64,000 nucleotides of DNA from Tubiluchus corallicola (Eukaryota; Animalia; Priapulida): assembly GCA_030141605.1 (NCBI GenBank), contig JAQGDQ010000699.1:46264-110263 (forward strand). Direction: 5' to 3'. Shown in pieces: positions 14,010 through 27,680 of this stretch; the first letter of the stretch is position 1; each line of letters begins with the position of its first letter. A program made the translations under genes and the position numbers. Under the pieces are notes generated by a model. That model ran no database searches and was not told the DNA's origin. It was given only the letters and a program-made list of their open reading frames with translations.

Positions 14010-15221
14010 GTACGTTGGGTGTTTGTATTCTTAAGCTATTTTACTGTTCATTTTAGATAATAATGAACATCATTTTATTATTGTTATTATGTTAATCTCC
14101 GTCTGACGTCATAATTCTGATCGTTTTATTAGCTCATGTTTATAAGCTAACTATAACCTCGTGATTATGATGTTTCTATGACGTCATACACATTGTGAGT
14201 TCATGAGCATATTATGAACTCAGTCTAACTTCATGAATGTGACTACCATATGACCTCATGCTTATGATCCCAATATGACGTCATTATGTTCTCATGTTTA
14301 TGACCTCATAATTGTGAGTATCCTATGACATCACGATGACATCAAAACGTCATAATTGTGTTGACCTCTTGCTTGTGAGTCAAATATGAGCATGCTACGA
14401 ACTCATGTTGAGCTCATGTCTTGACTAGGTGTGCACTTTACATTTGCAGCTTCACTAATTCATGGTATCACAACTTAAAGAAAAGCTTAGTTTTCTTACA
14501 TTCCTTTAACTCCTTCAGGACCGTAAGCGTTTGCTGCATTTTGCATGAATCCATGAAAAGCTGCTCTCACTATGCAATGATTACGTTATATTTGTTAATT
14601 TTTGTAAATTTCTACTCCTCACACAATGGAGTTTCAATCAAAATTATATACAAAATGCTTATCTTAGAAAAATTAGAAATTGAGTTTTGACTCATACTCA
14701 TTTGTATTTGTTCAAATCGTGTGGTGTTGAGACACGGCCTTTTAAAATGCTGCACGTACTTTCAAGATTCATTAAAAGTATTTTGATAAAGAAGTGCATG
14801 TGTCTTGTATGCTTTGTAAAAAAATCCGAACATAAGACGGTCATATCGAACTGGAGGTCGAACTGGTTTTTGTATATTGTTTTACCTATACTCAAGGCAT
14901 TTGTAACTTTTGCAACTTAATTGATGACTAAGATTTATTCAACATGAATTTTTAGGTTACAGCTTCCATAATCATATAAAAACTATCAGCAACCAAACTG
15001 TAGAAAAGTCATTGTGTCTGACAGCTTCAACAAGAAAATTCATGTCAAGACGTCCCTGTATCTATTATACAACATTTACCCCTGATCCCACCACCATCAA
15101 AAGGACATAAAATAATTTGCTATTAATTAAATTTATATAATAATATAACTGATTGATAAATAAATAAATTAATTAATTAAAATAATCATTATTTATCAGT
15201 GCTGTATATTTTACCTTACAG

Positions 15222-15441
15222 GTTTAACGAGATGCGCATGGCTTCCCCCATTCTTGCACCATTCTTCTTCTTCATCTTTGTCGTCCTGTGTACGTTCATC
15301 TTGGTGAATATGTTTATAACGATCATTATTACAGCATTTGCTTGCGTCAGACATGATCTGAGTAAGCAGTCGAATGAGTATGAGATAGTGGACTTCATTA
15401 TACGACGCTTTAGATCCTGGACGGGAATTGGAAACACAAAG
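15222..15441 (+). CDS. PKD1L2: PKD1L2-like exon (pore and last TM)
   Basis: tacag|G...AAG|gtgaga (alternative donor after 15485); PILAPFFFFIF...FILVNMFITII...SNEYEIVDFI. Confidence 0.88.
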
Positions 15442-16320
15442 GTGAGAAACACAAACAACTTCATGTTCAATTATATTGATAAAAGGTAAATTCAGAATTA
15501 CTTGCTCTTGTTAAAATGTACTTTGATTGTGAGTTCATTTTTCTCGCAAGATTTTAGCTGTTTCTCATTTTCTCGTAAAAACTACTTGACCTTCACCTTC
15601 ACCTCATTATCTTGCTTTACAAATGCCGTATTCTTTATGTTACATCTAGTGGTGCTTTGCTTTAATTAAAAAAACATTTTAGCCCGTCTTTTGTCGTATT
15701 ATCTTTCTATAGATGGCAGGCCTGTACTGCCTTCAGGCTCCAGCTAAATCTAATTAGAACAATATACTTTGAGCTGGGTCAAGTGAATTAGTTGAGGAAT
15801 CGCCGTGTGAGCTTCGTGTCCAAAGCTAAATCTGCTCAGCAAATGGGTGGGTAACCAATAGAAACAGCTTTCATGTTACTCATCTGTTACGGTTCCCGCC
15901 CACAGTTGTTTAACACGTTGAAGGATCATGTATACAGAATTAAATATGGTCAGGACTTGCTCTACCGCTAAGAGGACTTTGTGGGGATGAAATTCTAGAA
16001 GCATTTGTTATTGTTTATTTTTTAAGTTTTCCATAAATAATAACACAGTGTGTGTGATTAGTTAAATGCACGACATTTTAGTTAAATCTTAAATGAAATG
16101 CATTTCTTGTTTTATTTTCAAGCCAAAATTCACGATTCATTGACGCTAACACGGAGCTGCGCTCGCGAAACAAAACAATTTCTATTTTCACTTTACTTGT
16201 CTTCATTTTACACTTATCCATGATAATGCGTTATGCTAAGTTTTGGTCCTGCCACAGCCATCTACGATGAGCACTTTATCTGGTTGACGAGTACTGAACT
16301 GTATAATCAAATTTTTGTAG

Positions 16321-16479
16321 GTTGCCCAAATGCCGAACAAACAACTCGATTTGGAAAAAAGCAAGCGTAATCACGTGGAAGAAATGTTAAACGTTCTGCC
16401 GGGCAACACGGATTCCTTATTGAAACATGTGGACAGATTTTATTCTACAACTAATAAGTCCACATTGCAGCAAAATTAA
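16321..16479 (+). CDS. PKD1L2: PKD1L2-like C-terminal tail exon
   Basis: ttgtag|GTT, phase 0; VAQMPNKQLDLEKSKRNHVEEMLNVLPGNTDSLLKHVDRFYSTTNKSTLQQN*; see frameshift finding. Confidence 0.65.
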   Translation, partial: VAQMPNKQLDLEKSKRNHVEEMLNVLPGNTDSLLKHVDRFYSTTNKSTLQQN

Positions 16480-17226
16480 TTAAACTCTTTTCCAATGCAG
16501 GTAACATTTCTATAAGATTTTACTTGTTAGTAATACACAAGAGCACCTGTTTTCTTAAACACCAATGCTCCTTTTGAGGTTCTCGGAATGTTAGGCGTAG
16601 CTTTCTATACGACCACAAATGCATTATTAATGATATACATTAACCTCGTAGTCAATCTTACTGTATGCTTTGTTACTTTGACACCAAAGTTGTAAATGTT
16701 TTGAACAACATTCTTAATGGCTGACCAGAAAAGCTCGTGGCAATCCTCTGGAAAAATGCAGTGTTACGTAAAGCAAATATTCACTTGTGAAAGATTTAAT
16801 GACGACTTTTCTGAATTTCACTGGAGAAGATGCGTAAATTGCAGAATAGCTAAAGAACGGAAATTTAAAGATCCATAAGAGCTATACAGTACCGGCCACA
16901 ATGTCATTGACAAAATAACCAACACGTGCTTTTCCGTGCTTAGACCATCATTAGAACTATGATAAGAAATACCTCGTAGCATTAATTATTAAAGTTGAGT
17001 TCACTAATTGACAATGAACAACTCTGTTCAACATGAACTAAATTGCACTACATTTTAATTGCAAAAAATGGATCTGCACATGATGAATATTAATAACCTT
17101 TTTAAACTGTGAAAGCATGTCAAAACTCAAAACTCAATGTACTGTACCAGGATTTACGTAGTGAAAATACGAGTAGTATTAGTAATGGTAGTAGCGGTGG
17201 TAGTGGCAGTAGGAGCAGTAGGAGCT

Positions 17227-17260
<34 letters not shown>

Positions 17261-17974
17261 GAAGTAGTAGAAATGCTCAAACTATGCATGACAATAATTT
17301 CGCTTGTACATTTTTATGATCCAATGGTTGCGCTCTGCACTGCTTGTTTTCATGTGCTTGCTGTGCGTCCAACATAGCAGGCAGAACATACCTGATATGA
17401 AAATTTATAAACAACATAGTAATTCACGTGGAATCGTTAGTACAAAGCTATGCGTATTTCAGGAACGAGTGATTTAATATTCCTGCTAAACTGATCAACT
17501 AGATGATCACCGTAAGTTTTTGAAGGTGAGTGCTGGGCTCCTCCTGCTACTTAGTCTTAAAAGGAACTGGATTAAAATGTGTAATTGAATGTAGGTGTGA
17601 TCTAGTCCTTACGTAACACTTGCCTACAGTACTTTGAGTTTACACACTTTCACAGTTTTCATAGTTTTTGAAAATGATTAATAACATTCATCATTGCACA
17701 GATTCGTTTCTTTATGGTTAAAATGTTGTACAGTTTAGTACGTTGTTGATCGGTCTTTCATTGACATTTAGCACAGGTTTCTATCATCTCAACTTAAATG
17801 ATTAATTGTATGTTTTATTTATATTATTGTCCTTGATAATGCTTATGTAGGGCGTTGAAGGTCTCTATAATAGCTATGTCTTGCTATGCCATGCTCTTAT
17901 GTTTAATGCAACGCAAATGTCAATAAATGCAGTGTCTGATTGTATAAATTTATAGTACATTTTTCTAATTTTAG

Positions 17975-18009
17975 CTGATGAAGATGAAGAAAACTTGAAT
18001 GTGGCATAG
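17975..18009 (+). CDS. Possible terminal exon of PKD1L2-like gene (ADEDEENLNVA*)
   Basis: Good acceptor ttttctaattttag|; phase 1 matches the donor after 16500 only if there is a 1-nt indel near 16455. Confidence 0.3.
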
Positions 18010-18086
18010 CTGCCACGTATCTTACCAAAATGAGCGAGTCAAAGATGTTACTAAACACAAAGCAACGTTACGTTCTTGAAGAAATG

Positions 18087-18520
18087 GCCGTAATAAGCAG
18101 ATTTCAAAGCCGTAATAAGCACATTTCAAAGCCGTAATAAGCACATTTTAGAGCCGTAATAAGCAGATTTTAGAGCCGTAATAAGCACATTTTAAAGCCG
18201 TAATAAGCAGATCTTAAAGCCGTAATAAGCAGATTTTAAAGCCGTAATAAGCATATTTTAAAGCCGTAATAAGCAGATTTTAAAGCCGTAATAAGCACAT
18301 TTCAAAGCCGTAATAAGCAGATTTTAGAGCCGTAATAAGCAGATTTTAGAGCCGTAATAAGCAGTTTTTAAAGCCGTAATAAGCAGATTTTAGAGCCGTA
18401 ATAAGCAGATTTTAAAGCCGTAATAAGCAGATTTTAATGCCGTAATAACCAGATAAGCCGTAATAACCAGATTTTAAAGCCCTAATTCCCAGATTTTAAT
18501 GCCGTAATAAGCAGATTTTA
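18087..18520. repeat. Minisatellite, 21-bp unit, ~20 copies
   Basis: agccgtaataagcagatttta(a/g). Confidence 0.95.
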
Positions 18521-18869
18521 CTTTGATTTACTCATATGTGTTATTCAATGATTTCAAGGTAGCAAATCATGAAATTTAAAATTGGGAAATTGAAGATGTA
18601 ACGAATCTTTGTAACGAATGAATGGATTAGTCTATTCTTTTGAATGTGAAAGACCTAATGGTTATCCAAAATTTGTTGCATGGAAGACGGATGTCTGAAT
18701 ATGAATAAAAACACAAAGTCATAATGAACATTACACGATTATGACTCACAAAATGAAGAAAACGTTTGAAATCAACTAATTTCCTAGTCAGTTATTATTT
18801 ACTTACTCGCTTAGTCTGGACGCTGTAGGTCGCTTCCGAATACAACATGGCGCCACTCTAATTTATTTT

Positions 18870-19273
18870 ATGCCCCTTCTGCTGCACCCTTATGAGGTCT
18901 GCCCCTTCACCTACACCCTTGTGAGGCCTGCCCCTTCACCTACACCCTTGTGAGTTCAGCCCCTTCTGTTACACCCTTGTGAGTTCAGCCCCTTCCGCAG
19001 CACCCTTGTGAGGCCTGCCCCTTCACCTACACCCTTGTGAGGTCTGCCCCTTCACCTACATCCTTGTGAGGTCTACCCCTTCACCTACACCCTTGTGAGG
19101 CCTGCCCCTTCACCTACACCCTTGTGAGGTCTGCCCTTCTGCTACACTCTTGCGAGATCTGCCCCTTCACCTACACCCTTGTGAGGTCTGCCCCTTCTGC
19201 TACACCCTTTTGAGGTCTGTCCCTTCACTACACCCTTATAATGAGGTCTGCCCCTTCTGCTGCACCCTTGTGA
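18870..19273. repeat. Minisatellite, ~29-bp unit, ~14 copies
   Basis: gccccttcacctacacccttgtgaggtct. Confidence 0.93.
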
Positions 19274-20261
19274 TTAATAATAACCGAGAACTACTCAGTT
19301 GCTATTAAGCTATTTAAGCAGAACTGATTTGATATTTTCGTTAAATTACATTAATTTATGATCGGTAGACAACGTTTATCATTTCGCTGTACATTTGTAG
19401 TTCTTCTGGTGTGTGATCAAACGTTTAATAAACTGTTGCCGTATGTGTATGAACTACGTAATTCAACTTCTAGCGTTTTCTTTTCCTAACGGAAGTTAGG
19501 CTAAAAGATTTCAACATTCACTAACGAGTTTGATAACTGACAATGGCTGGTAAGTTTCAGTAATTCCCCTCTCTCGCACTCCTAACATTTTTTCAATAAA
19601 AAATATAACACTTTAACTTTGTCACATAGAGTCGCCATAGCAATTAGGTCCCACTCAAAAATAGATAAAAAGAACTACCATGGATGGTAAAAGAACTTTG
19701 ATCAATGTAAGCGCCTGTCGAGATTGGAAAAAATCTTGAAAAGAAAATTTGAAATCAAAATGGGTACTCGGTAGACGTCCAATGTGACAATTTGAAAATC
19801 ATTTGTGTAGAATTATGCATTGCTTTTCAAGCTTTGGTAGTTTAATTATAACTGACGATAAAATCAGTTGATTTCAAAATGATTTCTTCTATAATGTGTA
19901 GCAGTAACATACATTTTTTGAATTCATCGTTTACATATTATTGTTGGTGATTTTATTCAACTTATATTTACATTAATTTTCATTAACACATATATTATAT
20001 TGAGGTGGTTTTGTAATTTATTTACGATGTGATATTTTGTCTGTGATATCAACAATTTTATCTGCGTTGCTCTGTTGGGTTTTATTACTCGTCTGATACT
20101 TATGACTTTGTGAAATCTGGTTTATACTTACGTAGAAGGTAAATATGGTTTTGTGATTTCCTTGTGTGATTTACTATAATAATTTCTGTCTGTCCGCGTG
20201 ATTTATGACGAGGTGACTGTCGTCATCAATTTAGATAATATAACTTTATCATGTAGGGTTT

Positions 20262-21556
20262 GTGTGTCATTATCAATCTATGTGCAACCACACTATGACA
20301 GGTTTATGTGTGTCATCATCAATCTATGTGCAACCACACTATGACAGGTTTATGTATGTCATCATCAATTTATGCGCAACCGCACTACGACAGGTTTGTC
20401 TGTCATCATCAGTCTATGTGTAACAACACTATGACAGGTTTATGTGTGTCATCATCAATCCATGCGTAACCACACTATGACAGGTCTATGTGTGTCATCA
20501 TCAATCTATGTGCAACAACACTATGACAGGTTTATGTGTGTAATCATCAATCTATGTGTAAAAACACTATGACAGGTTTATGTGTGTCATCATCAATCTA
20601 TGTGTAACAACACTATGACAGGTTTATGTGTGTCATCATCAATCTATGTGCAACAACACTATGACAGGTTTATGTGTGTCATCATCAATCTATGTGTAAA
20701 AACACTATGACAGGTTTATGTGTGTCATCATCAATCTATGTGTAAAAACACTATGACAGGTTTATGTGTGTCATCAGCAATCTACGTGTAACAACACTAT
20801 GACAGGCTTATGTGTGTCATCATCAATCTATGTGCAACAACACTATGACAGGTTTATGTGTGTCATCATCAATCTATGTGCAACAACACTATGACAGGTT
20901 TATGTGTGTCATCATCAATCTATGTGTAACAACACTATGCCAGGTTTATGTGTATCATCATCAATCTATGTGCAACCACACTATGACAGGTTTATGTGTG
21001 TCATCGTCAATATGTGTAACAACACTATGACAGGTTTATGTGTGTCATCATCAATCTATGTGTAACAACACTATGACAGGTTTATGTGTGTCATCATCAA
21101 TCTATGTGTAACAACACTATGACAGGTTTATGTGTATCATCATCAATCTATGTGCAACCACACTATGACAGGTTTATGTGTGTCATCGTCAATATGTGTA
21201 ACAACACTATGACAGGTTTATGTGTGTCATCATCAATCTATGTGTAACAACACTATGACAGGTTTATGTATGTCATCATCAATATGTGTAACAACACTAT
21301 AACAGGTTTATGTGTGTCATCATCAGTCTATGTGTAACAACACTATGACAGGTTTATGTTTGTCATCATCAGTCTATGTGTAACAACACTATGACAGGTT
21401 TATGTGTGTCATCATCAATGTATGCGTAACAACACTATGACAGGTTTATGTGTGTCATCATCAATCTAAGTGCAACCACACTATGACAGGTTTATGTGTG
21501 TCATCATCAATCTAAGTGCAACCACACTATGACAGGTTTATGTGTCATCATCAGTT
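20262..21556. repeat. Minisatellite, ~41-bp unit, ~31 copies
   Basis: atgacaggtttatgtgtgtcatcatcaatctatgtgtaacaacact-type unit. Confidence 0.95.
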
Positions 21557-22203
21557 TAGATATAACCACTAAGGTTTATATTATCACTAAGTTCGATTAG
21601 CTGCTCTGCAATAGATATTGTGACTTCTCTGCTCTACTCGGATTTTTTCACTTTACTGAAACTGATGACGTATGTTAATTTCCATAGCATCTCTCGGTCT
21701 GTTATTTCCATCCCTGCTGCTAAAATTGCTTTGAAAAAGGTCAAACATTGCCTTGCGAATTTATTTATGTACTTAACTTGATTACGCTCAGCCTAGTAAT
21801 TCAGATTTTTAGTACATTTAGTATCAATTAACCTAATTATAGTAATTATACTAAGAAAATCAACTATCACAATAAAACAGCTGAATCTACTTAACTGAGT
21901 CTGTTTATTAAATTTTGATTTCCTGATCTCATATCATTTCTTAATCTAGATCAGGTGCCAGTGCATATAAATTATTCACTTAAGTTCAATTAAGGAAAAA
22001 GAAAGAAAGTGTTTTAAACTACCACTGCAGTTCCTCAGGTGAATGTAAAAGAACAAAAAGGAAAAAATCACAAGAAATTACTAGAACTACTGAAGTAATA
22101 AAAATACAAGGAGAAACACAGAATTACAAAATCATGATTTCACTGCAGTAACTGATTTCACTGACATGAAAAGAAGCAAACTTATGATCCTCAGACATAG
22201 GAG

Positions 22204-22578
22204 AATAAGCCTTTTCACAGTTTCCTTGAGCGCATGCGCAGTTGTTGTAGGTAAAAAATTAAGTGTACCACAGCAACGTGTCTTAACTACAATCGTCATG
22301 TGACATATGGGTAACGCAAAGCAGTACTTCAGTTGTTTTACGTGGACTTTACGTAATTATGCACTAGTCTATGCGCAGAGTGATTTGCCAGCAGGTTCTT
22401 GCTTGGGAATAAGAAAAATGAACTAGACAGGGTTCTAGCTAGCTGCAAAAACTGTTAGTATTATAACAGCGTGGTCTGCGAGGCGTTGCCAAGTGTACAC
22501 AAATGCGCTGTCTGGTACACTTAACATTTGACATTTTCACGGCCATCATCAATGGCTGGAACTGTGAAGCAGCTTATT
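22204..22578. mobile_element. MITE family copy 2
   Basis: Same termini and internal blocks (gtaccacagcaacgtgtctta, ttctagctagctg, gcgaggcgttg) as 10202-10614. Confidence 0.7.
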
Positions 22579-22663
22579 TTATTACTGTCTCGACAAAATG
22601 CTTAGTTATAATATTAATGATGCAAAGAAAATGTTTCATTATGTTGACACACAGCATCCATCA

Positions 22664-22802
22664 TTAAGCTGCGTGCTGGTATTTGAATTCACGCATGGCT
22701 ATATCATCGTATCTTCTTACATTGATGACTTCTCCATCTAAACGCACTCCACTCCGACAAAGCCAAGTCAGAGCACTGACATCATTTAAAGTCACAAGCC
22801 AT
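22664..22802 (-). CDS. C19orf81: C19orf81/DUF4732-like terminal exon (not in ORF track)
   Basis: tttctcctag|A TGG; RWLVTLNDVSALTWLCRSGVRLDGEVINVRRYDDIAMREFKYQHAA*; phase 2 fits; parallels RWLIAVTD...LLRSGL...IVRHDD. Confidence 0.8.
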
Positions 22803-25773
22803 CTAGGAGAAACAAAAAACTACTGAAAATATCTATTACGCTTATAAAAAATAAACTTTACAATATTGTCAAGCCTCGATATCACACTGACTTCTTCATG
22901 GAGTTGGCACAGTAGTGTAGCTAATGGGGAGAACAAGGGGGAACAACCCCTCCCCCTGAGCACATTTTTCACAATTGGCCCTCTTTCATCAGTGGAGTCA
23001 TTACTTATTTGACCAACCAGCCTCCCGTGTTTTTGAAATGAGTGTGCATTTACGCAACTCATTTGTCAAGGTTGACTGATTGAACCAAGGATCAAGGTAC
23101 CACAAATCTAATTATTGTAATAACATACATTCTTGTCACGCGATTGTCCAATAGTAGGTCTTTTACATAGAAAATAGCAATTACGTACTTTCTTTATATC
23201 TTGCTTGTCTTTTGATTTTAAGCACAAAATTAAATGTATGGTCAACGCGTTTAAAATAGTTTGGTGTACGTTTGGCGCCTTTTTATTTGCTTGTTTCCCC
23301 TAATTTTAGAATCTGGCTTCGCCCGTGAGTTGGCAGTGAGACTTTTGTGATGACTACTGTTTATGCAACACTCGCCCGAAGCAACAGTTCGTTAAAAATG
23401 ATTCGAAATGATTATTAGTTAGCGAAAAACCTGCTGGTGACGATAGTGTGGATAAACATGATGCCGCTGGCGATGACGCCACTGACGATGATAATGATGA
23501 TGACAATATGATAACGATTGGGTTATTTATTACTGAGGACCTGGGGCTGATGACAGTGACGATGAAGTTAATGATAATGATGAAGGAGAGTGACGACGAA
23601 GACGAAGATCATGATACTGATGAATGTGATATCACAAGTGTCTCAAACTAGCGTACATCACCATATTGAAGAAAAATGTGCAACTGATGGATATTATATG
23701 TCGCCTTTACAATATTAAATTAGATTATTGAATTGCAAATATTTCAGAAAATCAAATGTAACGTTTTGGAAAATTTAGGTACAAATTTTTTGATAGTTGA
23801 TTTTCATAACTCGTGTTTGCTTTGTTTCATTCTTTTTTATTCATACTATTATGTTCTGTGTAACCTGCGTGAAAAGTTAATATTGCTTAGTAAATTATAG
23901 CACCCGTTTGAAAAATTACGTAAATTAATACTTACCCAGGAAACAATTTTTTTTAAGTCAATATATAATCAAGTTAAATTCACCCATGGCACCTATAAAT
24001 TTTTTTTGAACAGAACTATGTTTTTGGTAAGATTTAGATTTGTTTATTTATTTTACTAGGGTAATTACATGAGCTGCTTGCCACACGAGCTAGTTTAAGA
24101 CTATTTATCTAGCTCTCATGATGCTTAGTGTTTACTTGTTTATCTACTAGAGTAAAACTACTGTATGACGAGACTTTACCTACCAAAATTGGTAAAACTT
24201 GTATTAGAATTTTGGAAGTCATTACTTACTGCAAAAGTACTTATTTATAAAACTCTTGTTTTACTTCATTTAATCTATGGGTGCATGTCTCAAACCTCGA
24301 ACTGTTTCACAAACCTCTGTGGACAAACTTAACTAATCTTAGGAAACTTTGTTAATTTTTCCTGCAATCAACGTCAGATTTAGTTAGGAATCCCCAGAAT
24401 AGAACCAATAATACAGTATCATATTTTACTCTTTACTTACAAAAATATAAATGGGACACGAGCGGTGCATTTGAGAGAAGTAAGCTACGTTCCTCAAAGA
24501 CATAACGCTTAACCTTAGAACCTATAATTTAAAAGAGACACATGCCAAAAATCAATAGGTAAATCTATAATTAGCTTGTAGAATGACCAACCCATTTAAA
24601 CAAAAAAGCAACTAGCATTTCTACTTTTAAAACTTCGTTAAGAAAAGATACATAAGAATTCGTTATATACAATTATAACAGACCGATCAACAAATGAGAT
24701 AAAGTAAATAGCAATGCAGACTTCATTATGCCATATAGGGCATTCATATGACATCAAAGTTTCGTTTTTCTTGGATCATTACTAGTTTTAATTGGTTTTT
24801 AAATAGATATGTATAGATGTACATTGCAATATAATTAACGAGATTTTGTGAGTGTTGTAGGTTTTAGATTGTGATTATTAGGCGTATTGGTTATTGTTTG
24901 ATAAAGTACGTTTTTTATGTCGTTGTGTCGTTTGAATTTGTATTACATAATTGTCTATATTGTTTGATGTTTGGTATTGTTTTTAACTGACTATCAATAT
25001 ATTAATTCTGCTAGTATCTGACTGTCATGGCGTATGGAATTGAATCTTCCGAGGCTGCAACTCCAACTTCTACGGGGGCACAATTGAAAAAGTTTTATTA
25101 TTGTCACCCGATTCGCTTGCATCAATGTCCACACACAATAGTTCATTGACCAACCAAGGCAACACACTGAACTCTTAGAAAGTCGTCACTCACATTATGT
25201 GTCATTTAAACAGCATCAGTAAAAGAAAGAAGCAATAAAAATTAGCTGAAATATTTTCTCAGAATTTAGTTGACATGATTGTGATATTAGAAACCAAACT
25301 AGACAAATGGCGCTTTAGATTATTTCTCTGATGATCAGTAACTACAAAACGTTTGCAGCGATAGAAATTCATGCGAAATGACTAACCTGTATAAGACTAA
25401 AGAATAATGAAACTAAAACAATAGAATAGTTATCTGGGCAACAAAAACCTGAAATGAGGACCAATGATAGTTGGCTCTCATACACCACCCTCATTGTCGC
25501 AAGGAACTATGACTAGCTCTTGCTAAAGCTAGGTACTAGGCAAGCCATTGAAAAATATATGTGATATCCATATGTGATTTAAAAAAATAATAACAAGAAC
25601 ATGTCCAGAAATCAAATGAGCCGTATCATAAATGTAATACTTACAAACAAACTACACAAGTTTTTTGTACAAATTATACAAGTTTACTTGTACATATGAT
25701 ACTTGTGTATGTATTACAAAGGCAATAAAGTTATATATATATATATATAAAACTTCCTTTTAAGTATATAAAC

Positions 25774-25776
<3 letters not shown>

Positions 25777-25822
<46 letters not shown>
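25777..25822. repeat. (AT)n microsatellite
   Basis: Direct reading. Confidence 0.9.
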
Positions 25823-25825
<3 letters not shown>

Positions 25826-26060
25826 TGCCCTATGTAGATTAACTTATATATTTGAAAGTCAGAAAAAACAAAAGTTGTTTTAAATTTGTCTTAGTGGCAA
25901 AAATGTAAATGTAAATACACGCTACACATTTTAAATTAATTTTTTATCATTTGTCTAAACATTGTAGTTCAGGTCTTTCAACTGTGTTGTTTTAATAAAC
26001 TCACTACTACCTATATCGCCCATTGAGAAATAAATTGAGCATTATTCTGCAGTTTCTCAC

Positions 26061-26294
26061 CGATTAGGATATCCAGTGCTTGAAAGCAGAACGTTTCTGT
26101 TTACGAATCTTACTGAGACAACTTTAGCATTACGAACTTTTGCAATGCTTAAGCATTCTTGTACAGCTAACACCACATCTTTATGCGTAGTCTTTCCTGG
26201 GTAATCGAAGCACGCCGTGAGAGGGCGAGGTTCAGGAGGTGGTCGAACTTTCTTTTTCTTCAATTTCATTGCAGCGGTATTTTCCAGATTTTCA
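26061..26294 (-). CDS. C19orf81: C19orf81/DUF4732-like domain exon
   Basis: ttttgcag|T...CG|gtgaga; PPPEPRPLTACFDYPGKTTHKDVVLAVQECL...VVSVRFVNRNVLLSSTGYPNR resembles remembered human C19orf81 PPASQPLCLCM...THLEVLQAL...[21 protein letters not shown]. Confidence 0.8.
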
Positions 26295-26768
26295 CTGCAA
26301 AAATAAAGTCAAGATGTGAGTTTTTGTCTAAGATATACCTATGATCCATAGAGCAGCGATCCGCAGTGCTCTTTACATGATTAAAGTTCGGCAGAAATAT
26401 CAAAGAAATACTCTGTGCTAATAAGTGAAAGATAATTTTGCTGCATCGACACCTTATAATTTATTATTCATGTGGAATGAATCATTATTCTAATGAACGC
26501 ATCTATGAAGTATCGTTTAAAAGCTGTAATTTGTAACGGATTTTATTTGACCGTTGCAGACCGCTGTGTTTTCGACATAAGTCACGTGCTTAAAGCGTTC
26601 ACTTACCGCTGTTGAGTCAGATAATAGTAAACAGCTTCTTACTACATTCAGCAGGAGAGAGCAGCCATCCGGACAATTCAGGCAGTTCAGCGGGTTTTGA
26701 AGAGGATTTCTCTGAGTAATGTATTACCACATACAGTAATACTTTTAACTGGTACAGTATTATTAATA

Positions 26769-26926
<158 letters not shown>

Positions 26927-26956
26927 TCATTCATTTTATTGTTTTTTTATACTCAC

Positions 26957-27680
26957 CCCTTTTCTTCGTTTTCCTCATCTGATTCAAGATCACTTTTCTG
27001 ACCGGCTCCTCGCCCAGATTTTTTGACCTTTTCGCTCAACTTTATCCATCGATTTTTCTCAGAGAAGATTCCACGTTTCCTAAGTTCACCGTCAATTTTA
27101 AGTCCAAGACGCCACAGTTTCTCCTTATTCAATCCTTCACTCGTCATTTTTTGCTCTTCATTCTCTTCACTTGAGTGTATTTCAACATCGACTTTTCTGA
27201 TTGGCTTTAGTATAGGTGTCACCTCCTTGTCTGGTCTGATTCCGTACTGGGGCAACAAGTTTTTAAAAGATTCAACTGCTATTCTTACATTTCTGGTAGG
27301 AAGTATAGGAGAACCATCAGGGTATCGAGTAGGCGATTTTTTCGGTGAAGTATTTATTTGCCCAGTTTCAGTTGGAAGCGTTTCGCTGATTTGGTTTCTA
27401 ATTCTTGAAGGGGAGATTTGAGTTTGCTCACCTTGTGGTGCGGGCGTTTTGACAGGAGAAGTGGACACCTCTCGCCCGTGACGAAAAGAATGTGATGACA
27501 TATTTTGGCTTTGTTCGCCATTAGCAGGGGCAAATCTGAGTTTCTTCTTACGTGATCTGCTCGCCCGCCCGCCTTCACTAACATTTCCAACATCCTTTGT
27601 TATTGACTCATTTGTTTCTTTTGTTAGCTCGTCTGGTTCCTCTTTTGTCTTCTCTTGCTTTTTACTTATAGCGGCAGAAG
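26957..27680 (-). CDS. C19orf81: C19orf81-like gene, large low-complexity charged exon
   Basis: tttatttcag|CT...GG|gtgagt, 724 nt open, phase 1-2; rich in S/T-P and K/E. Confidence 0.8.

Noticed and set aside
17137-17319. Poly-Ala/Val ORF
   Set aside because: (GTA)n/(GCA)n microsatellite.
19543-19555. ATGGCTG|gtaagt as first exon of another + gene
   Set aside because: No compatible downstream exons found.
23448-23651. Asp-rich ORF
   Set aside because: Degenerate (GAT)n low-complexity sequence within an intron.
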